From assembly GCF_964355755.1 (NCBI RefSeq), contig NC_092676.1, positions 21,346,871 through 21,410,870 on the forward strand: 64,000 nucleotides of DNA, read 5' to 3'. The notes under the pieces are model-generated. The model searched no databases. It had not been told where the DNA came from and saw only the letters and a list, made by a program, of their open reading frames with translations. Position 1 is the stretch's first letter, and each line of letters begins with the position of its first letter. The translations under genes were made by a program, and so were the position numbers. The DNA is from Antedon mediterranea. Its lineage: Eukaryota; Animalia; Echinodermata. Positions 55,901 to 64,000 of the stretch are shown in pieces.

Positions 55901-58900
55901 TTTGTTTTACCAGAAACAAGTTAAATATAGGAATATTATTAAACTATCCTTCGTGAAAACGCGTAAACAGCAACACGCCCGGTCACGCTATCGTAGCGCC
56001 CGGTTGATAAAGCGAACTGTTTATACGGCAGTTTTTACTAAATAAATTGCATAAAACGAACGATTAAATATCCAAATAGCATAACATGATGTTGGCATGT
56101 AGTTGATAACATTTTTTATCATGAAAATACTACCGGTGGTCTAGCCTTTGATTATTGAAACCGTCACAAAAAGTTGTATACATCCCAGATACATCCACAC
56201 TTATGGCGGCGCCCTACCACATGGACAATATTACTGTTACAGGGAAAATCGCGGATTACTCATTCTTGTGATATATATTCTTTGCATATACACACCTCTA
56301 AACAGTCTATAAACAATTTGCAGATATCACCAGCATTAGACTCTTTCATAAAAGAATTGCAATTCCTTAAATATCTGTCTACATGTTCTTTGACTTGTTC
56401 AAGACTGAAAATAAAAAAAAAAAGTGTTGAATGAAATTACAAAGAAAAAAATATCATAAACACATCTATCACTTTTAATTCTTAATCACGGTCATCATCA
56501 TTACTGCTATCATAAAAATATTTACCATATAATAAAAGATAAAATAACTCACTTTGACTGAAGCAAGAGCTGAAGAAAAAATGATCTGACAACAGGATTT
56601 GGATCGATGCAGTCCTCTGGAAATGGTGACACATTCTTCGTGGCTGGTTGGTTCTGTTTCTTTGATTCTATTGTCACATATCCTAGCAACCTTTTGACAA
56701 CCTCTCCACTAGGTGGAGTACCATTAGCAAAGCAAAGCTGTGAGATGACTTCCATGAAGAACGAGTTACAGCATTGCCTAAATGCATTATGCTTAGCAAT
56801 TGTCTCACTAAAATGTAGTTTAGGAACACATGACAAAATGTGGTTTAATACATACAAACATAATTTTAACACAAAACACTTTCATTAAGGTTATGTTGAC
56901 ATGACACTCAACTCATCAAATAAATTCAACTGAAAGAAACTTGTTGCTAAAGAGCATTCATTGAATTTAACTAGCTATGGTTACCAATACCATTCATGTG
57001 ACACTATTCGAAGTTGAAAGAAGAACTAGGGTATGCACTGCGAGAGCTTCTGTAAACATTGAACTGATCGCAATTAGTTGCAATTACCAATACTACATGA
57101 TTGAAGTTTAGTTTGAAGCAACTGTCAGTTGCTTGGAGTGCTCATGTCAACCAGTTGAGTAGCGTGTCAACCTAAGCCCACACAGTTAGATTGGATTGAT
57201 TCTGTAGATAGGATTGATGTGTGAAAATGACTTTGACTCCTAAACACAAAGACAAATTATGGAGACTGTTTTCAGCATAAGTAAAACTGAGATTGTTCTT
57301 TACACACAAAATCACTAGGAAATTCTGATCTGCACGATGCACATTTTTTCGCTTTTTCGGTATTAAAATATTTTTCAATACATCCCTTACAAAACACATG
57401 ATGTTTTGGCTTACACGGAAGCAGTACAGGATCTGCAATACTCTCTTCACAAATTCCACATTTGTGGATTCCACTTCTGCAACCGCAAAGAATATTTAAT
57501 TTAAATCGTGTAACTAAAACTAGTTAACCGTTTTATTGTTCAAAGGAAATAAATTGTGGTTATATTTACATTAATTTATATTGTGGGGCACTGTGGCGAA
57601 GTGGTTAGAGCATTGGGCTCGCAAAAAACCTAGAGGTTGTGTTTTCAAGCAAATAGTTTAGTCTCTCCAATGTTTCAAATTTACCTTACTTCTTACTACT
57701 GTACCTTATGTATATATACACTTAAATGGGTTTGTTGTCTGTATGTGTTACAAGGAAGTCGAGGTAATTTATTCACAAACTATAGTTATATAGAGTCCAA
57801 ATGTACATGAAATTAAATGTAAATTAAAGCCCTAAAATAAAATTACTCATGAAAACTTACTTATAGTAAACTTTACCAGCGTTCATGTTCATGTCATTCA
57901 AGATCTTAACCACAATGTTTACAGACTTAGCTTTCTTTAAATTTGCTGATTTTCCTAGTCCCTAGAAGAAAAACCCATACAGTACTTTTTAAAATTTATA
58001 CTATATGTTTTTGTATATATTATTTTTTCTTGAGTTTGCAATGCAATGTTCTTGTTTACAGTAAATAAACAGTGAATTGCTTTACTCTAATTCTAGAAAA
58101 ATATATACAAACCAGCCACATGGCCTTGCATTTTGGTGAGATCAATTTGGCAAACTCATCATTCGTCAAAGAGACATGCTCAAAGAAAAGCTTCATTACT
58201 GTGATCCTTGACCATAAATATCTGAAAAAATGCAGAAATGTTCTTTATAAACAAATTTTTTCTGTAACAAAGAATAGGCCTACTGAAATAAGATCATTTT
58301 AGTGTAGGGTTTCATTTCATCATTGCGTCTCCTTACATCTTCTAGCATAAATTTTATATAAATGATGTTTTGCTTTGTACTGAAAACCAATGTACCTGCA
58401 TTCATCTAGAATCACTTTGTTTCTTGCTCCATAAATGTCTTTATCTTTTCTGAACAAGTCCATCACTCTCTGAACAAGTGGAAACAATTTACTAATTTCC
58501 TTCAGCCATTTTCTTTGTCCTGCTTGTGTACGGAAATCATGATTGATACTGTCCAATACATATTTCAGACTTGTTACATCAAGGGTCTACAACACAAATA
58601 CATATATGTGAATGTATGTCACTATAGAGTTCCTCCTAAAACTGTTTTATAGTAGGAAACAATGTGTACATCACTCTGTACAATTAGTGCCATTTCTGGC
58701 ATATTTGTTTGTATAAAATGTAATAGTCAATTCTTAGTGTGCATAGTCTCAGACCAATCAATCAATATATCCACTTTCCCAAATCCATAAAATGTCACTA
58801 ATTAGACTTACTGCAGTAATTACAGTAGAATAATTCTTACCATTTCTCCTTCATTTTGTATCTCTTCTTCTAGTGTTGGCAACACACCTGGGTATAATTC

Positions 58901-61900
58901 AATGATCTGTGAAAAGTGTCTAAATCTTGCTTGCAACTTGATAAAGGCCAAATGCACGGAAGCAACCAAATCAACACTTTTAACTTGACCTCCAAGTTTG
59001 TGTACAGTTGACAAAGATGAGTTACTTAACTGTTGGCAGAGAAGCTGTTAATGAAGAAAGAAAAAAGTTTAGCTATATTTTACTTTAATAACATCGATTC
59101 ATCACAATTTTTAAATACACAGACACAAAACTGGCAGTACAACCAGATTAACCCCTCTAGTTCTGGATAAAAAATAATATGGAATAAAACAATATAATTT
59201 TTTGTCACCAAAAACTTTTGACAAAAGTACAATTTTGGATTATAATAGAAGGGCATACACTACACTAAGGAAAGCTGTAAATTGTGGTTCTTCCCAAGAC
59301 TCCTAGAATGTTTACACATACCATTTTTTCCGAATCATGAGTTGTCTTGCAAGTCATGCTGACAAAGTCTGAGATGTAACGTTGAATAACCTCTTCACTT
59401 CTACAAGTAATCATGGCAGTCTGAATGATTTTTCCAATCTCAGATTGCTGCGTGTTTCGCAAGAAATGCTGCTCTGATGATATATCTGCTCCAACTATCA
59501 ATACAAAATGTATTCTACGTCAAAGAAATTCTTTTATATCTACAGTACCTATTATACTGTCTTGGTGGTTTAAACAAATAAGGGAAAAAATCATAGACTT
59601 GATTTAAAAACTGACCTTTTGCTTCCAATGAAAATTTCCAAATGTCATCAAATTTTCTCTTCACAATCCAAGAAAATGGAAATCTGGCTGTGAATGATTT
59701 ACCGCCAAATCCTTTTTCTAAGACCGGTACTTCTGATCGCTGAACTCTTTTAGCAGGAGAAAGGAACATTTCATAGTTCATGTTTATTAAATCTTTGGAT
59801 GAGAATATGCTGAGCCAAAGTTGGTGAACCCAAAGATTGTCAGCTTTGTCAGTCATCAGAAGGTGAAGATTGTTGCTGATGTCACAGGCAGCAATTACTT
59901 CAGCCAGAAATAGGGCTACAGTTGCTGTTAAATGCTGCCAACATGCTTGCCTATATTAAAAGAAAAAAATGCATTAACTATATTACAATGGTACAAGTTG
60001 GTAGGTCAACGGTGAAATCTTATCCATAATGTACTCGCAGTTCTTAGGATGTACAAATGTAAACAGAAGAATTAGGTTGAATTGTGTTTGCATCACTGGC
60101 ATGTGAGAATTTGTTGATGATTTGAAAAACACTACACACTTTTCTAAAAAGTACATAAATACGTTACTATTTTGTAAAAACCAGTTGACTTCAGTGTTAA
60201 CAGCACTGACGTTTGAATTGAAGCCTGGTATGTATAAAAAAACAATCACCTAAATGTCCCATTCTCTTGAACCTGCTTGATGTCTAGACCTTTTCTGCTT
60301 AACCAATCTGAGGGATGTGGTTCTCTTCCTTCCTTTTCTTTCATGAGACGAACGATGAGACATTTTAATGAATTTAAAAATTCTGAATTCAAATAATTAA
60401 AAGAATTAGAATATGAAAAATAAAGAAAAATATTCATTTATGCAGAGTAAAGCAAAACGACATTTATCAGCAATGATTTGATATCTGGGGGCCAGCCTGA
60501 AGCACCAATCGAAACCAGATGGGTTCTCAAAAAATCACTATATCCTAAACTTTCTTAGAGAGCTAAGGTCTTAAAGTAGTTGTCAATAAAAACAAAATAC
60601 TATGTATAAATAGTTTACCATGATGAACACAATCCCCTTCTATCAGATGTACCAGAAGATGGACTCTCTCAGTTGATCGATGTCTTTGATCAGAAGGGTC
60701 AATAATTCTTGCCATAGCTGGATGGATACAGTCAACAAGAACAGCTGTACAACTGACAAGGGAAACATCCTCATATAGATTGCTCTCTAGATCCATAATT
60801 TTGATATCTTTAGAAACTTCCATTGCATCATTAGATCCTTCCTCAATCCCTTGTTCAATTCTCTCTCCTTCCATCTCTTCAAGTTCAAATTAACAAGTTA
60901 TTTATTACATTAAAATGAGGAAACAATAACAACAATTAACAATTGTTAATTGTTGTTTACTTGCAGTACTGTTAGTAATTAGATAGAAGGAAATTATTGA
61001 CTTATACCATTTCTAATAAAGGTAATATTGGACTCCCTTTCGAGAAAATGTATAGATTTAGAATATAAAATTACCTTCAAGTTCTTGTTCCATCTGATGG
61101 GTGATAATTATGTTCTGCTGTACTTTGGGAACAGTAAATAGTAATTCACTTATTGGTCGGCCTAAAAGTTTGGAGACATCTGGACAATTTTCTTTCGGAC
61201 GTTGAAGATCGTCGATGTGAGCAGAAGACCATAGTCCACCTATGATATAAACATATTCATATCAACTCTGCATGCCTGTATTTTCATATTATACTATATT
61301 AATTTAGACATTCCAATATTACTTTTCTTGGAACAAATACTGGTAAAAAAAAAACTATAACAACATTTTATGTAAAAACAATCTTGTTCAATATATTTAT
61401 TAGCATTTCATTAGGATGGTTAATTCATCTTTTCAACTGGTGTTTATTGAACAAATATTTTTAATAAATACCTTGGAATCTATCAAAGCATTTCTTAACA
61501 CGAGGAAGTTGGATAATAAAGACTACATGAGCTCTGCCCACTTCTTCAACATGTTGTCTTTCTTTCATGGCAGACAATACATTCTTTCGTTCATCTTGCA
61601 CTTGATAAGAAGCACAGGGGATCAGATTTGTGGTGTCACTACTTGCGTCGCATTGTATCAATAATAATCTGTCATTTGCAGAAACTACACCAAAGAATTT
61701 TCTACAAGAAATATTAGACTTTATAGTAATTATTTAGTGCAAATGGACAGTTTACATAATATGCTCACCTCCACTTCAGGTATGTTCAAATCAGTTTTGT
61801 GTGGAAAATCAGTAAGTTAAGAACTTAAATTAAGAACAAAAACTCACTGAAGTCTAATGGAAAACTGTTGCTCATATTGAAACTCCTGTAGGGAAACCAA

Positions 61901-63884
61901 ACTGATGTCAGAAACATCTAGCTGTGTTGATTCTGCAAGAGCTTTTGAATCTTTTACAGTCAGCAGTCGTGAATATGTGGTAACCTAGAAATAACAAAAA
62001 ATTATACCCTTGATTTGAATATTTTTCTGTTTTACAAGAATTATCCCAAAGAAAATAAAAATTCTTATGATCTGGACTGCCATAGATAAACAAAGTTGAA
62101 GTTCAGCAATTTAACAAAGAACTACATCTTACCTGAGCTAAGATTCCATCATTTATGCCAGGATTATTATTAAATTTATCAGTAAGATATTCTGCTAGGC
62201 ATGTATGTTTCTGAACATTGAAATATGTATGCTGCAATGTTGTTCTCTCTTCTTCAGTAATATTTGTTTCTGCTAATCTGGTAACAGATTCTGGGGTAGC
62301 ACGCATCAACAGTTGGTTTTTAACATCTTCAAAGATCTTTAGAAACAGAAAACTCAAATTTGAAATCATTTTGACTTTACTGTAAATTGTACATTACTGT
62401 TATAGTTTGACTTTCATTGTTTAATAATAACTTTTTCTTTATAAAGTGCAATGCAAAAAGATTGAGAAGCTGTTTGAAGATAGAAGGTAAATATCATAAT
62501 TGTTTGTGTTCTTGCATTCTATTTGTGTAATAAACATAAATAAATATATTATTTCCTTCACCAATTACAAGATGGATTAGCTATATCATGCTCATAAACT
62601 AAGTCTCATTTTAGGCTAAGGAAGTGGAATAGAAAGAGTCCTGGCACTATAGGCCATGATCTTGGGATTGGAAGAAAAACATGTTAATCAACAAGCTACA
62701 ACTCCATCACATTGGTAATAACACCAACAAGAGTAAGTAATAATGAAAGAAACAATATAAAAATCATGACTACTGGGAGGATAACGTAATTTTAAATACC
62801 TCTTCAGTGGTTTTAAATGATGCCCATGTTTGATAAACAAGTGTAGCAACTGTATCACCATGATAACCAACAAATGCATCACTTTTCTTAAAAGTATCTT
62901 TTGATGACCTAAATGAAGTGAACAAACATTAAATTGATTTGATTTTACTGTATATCTTTTCAGGCCTTGTACTTGAGGTGTGGGATTGCAATCACTTACT
63001 TAACACAGTCCCTCTGAGGTGTGCAATTTACAGCACACTAAACATTTACTTCTACACATTAAGATACAAACACATCTAACATTTTAAAAAAAACAACATA
63101 TGCCTTTTTAGTATTTAGTGTTATCTAAAAATATGTAATGACTGTCACAACATTTATAGATTAACTCTAAAAAAGAGAAACAAGCTTTTATGTTATGATA
63201 ATAGTTATAATAATATTTTCAACTCAAGACAGCCAAACAATGTTTATTGTGCTATCTTTCTGCTGTCTTTATAAAATGTCTGCCTTTTCCATGAAATGTT
63301 ACTGTATAACATAGCCCGACATTTTTTACATCTTCAAAGAATTCAGAAACATTGTTAACCAATTGGTTACATGCTCTTTTTTCTATAAAAGTTAAATTGC
63401 GGTCTATTAGAGTTCCATCAGCTTTTTAAACTTTCAAACGCAAACAAATACAGCAGTTAAACATCTGATATAACCCGAATGAGAAGCGCTTGATTTAAAC
63501 TTTACATACTGAAACATATCTGAATATTGGAGTTAACGACACAGATATAAGAGAGTTTACCTGATCAGATAAACAATAAAGTTGGTAGTAAGTAAGACAT
63601 GATTGGGATCAGACTAAGTGTGCAAACTGAATTATGTGTAACTCTAGAGTGTGTAAATACAGCTTTACATTATTAAAGGTTTGGTAACCACTATGGCTTA
63701 CTTTATACGATAAAATTGTTTGCTAGTAATAAAACAGTCAATCCAATCTTCAAGTCTTTTCACAAGTTGCAGCTGCTCTTCACTCAACATTGTTGACATC
63801 GCCAAAAAGTGCTTCTCAAGACGATTGATGAGAGGGATTGGAAATTGCGTACGTACAACCTCTTTGTCAGCTACCACTATCAAC
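43908..63884 (-). CDS. RNF213: E3 ubiquitin ligase RNF213 (mysterin), multi-exon, 5'-partial: from the end of the AAA+ region to the stop codon at 43908
   Basis: FPIPLINRLEKHFL, HNAFRQCCNSFFMEVISQLCF, NPVVRSFFLQLLL, SFLPAMPQD, RZ finger, LIVYDPDRDLLPLILSQCQY, C-terminus LSHAVDTWKTIAQLYSAQN*. Last exons 44765-44937 and 43908-44055. The gene continues beyond the window. Confidence 0.95.
44094..44700. repeat. Minisatellite of 16-17-bp variant units in the last RNF213 intron
   Basis: Interleaved gagtatgaatagtaagt, gagtttgaatagtaagt and gagtatgaataggagc units, roughly 35 copies. Confidence 0.95.
50473..51236 (-). other. RNF213: RNF213 RZ finger spread over three exons (51143-51236, 50888-50922, 50473-50579)
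   Basis: Spliced: WNQCPNGHPYVIGDCGRATFTGYCLECNLPIGGQQHRL. Confidence 0.9.
51383..52777 (+). mobile_element. Non-autonomous Helitron-like element (copy 2, longer) in an RNF213 intron
   Basis: A|TCTATATATAAA start and CATCTAG|T end. First about 460 bp is homologous to 14320-14788, with an internal partial repeat at about 52222-52300. Confidence 0.65.
57288..57476 (-). other. RNF213: RNF213 C3HC4 RING-finger exon (not shown in the ORF track frame)
   Basis: CGICEESIADPVLLPCKPKHHVFCKGCIEKYFNTEKAKKCASC at 57460-57332. Confidence 0.9.
57585..57650 (+). mobile_element. Decayed tRNA-derived SINE head
   Basis: ggggcactgtggcgaagtggttagagcattgggctc carries an A-box; the B-box is degenerate. Confidence 0.4.
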
Positions 63885-64000
63885 CTGTAAAAAGTTTTAA
63901 GAACATGTTTAGTACGAAGAAATTACATTATAAATCATACCAAAATCCCATGGTCATATGTTCATAGAGCTTGAGAAATGATAAAGCACCACATGCACGC

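Overview
AT-rich, intron-rich eukaryotic DNA. It is probably an invertebrate deuterostome such as an echinoderm, inferred from Deu-domain SINEs and gene style; nothing here is prokaryotic. Genes from left to right: an 8-exon Pi-class glutathione S-transferase followed by an orphan duplicate of its last exon; a complete 16-exon cytosolic cysteinyl-tRNA synthetase (CARS1); a 5'-deleted copy of an ADP-ribosyltransferase (ART) gene; a transposon-rich interval (L2, CR1, Penelope, MULE/foldback, Harbinger); a 2-exon secreted Spaetzle/neurotrophin-like protein with a reduced cysteine set; a ubiquitin-like + PARP-type (H-Y-E) ART gene broken by a G14 homopolymer frameshift and a 2-nt deletion; and, convergent on the minus strand, the 3' part of RNF213/mysterin with intact RING and RZ fingers. 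The best lead is the repeatedly duplicated and decaying Ubl-ART gene tail-to-tail with RNF213 and near a Spaetzle-like cytokine, a candidate invertebrate innate-immunity locus. All family assignments come from manual translation and recalled motifs; no database searches were run.
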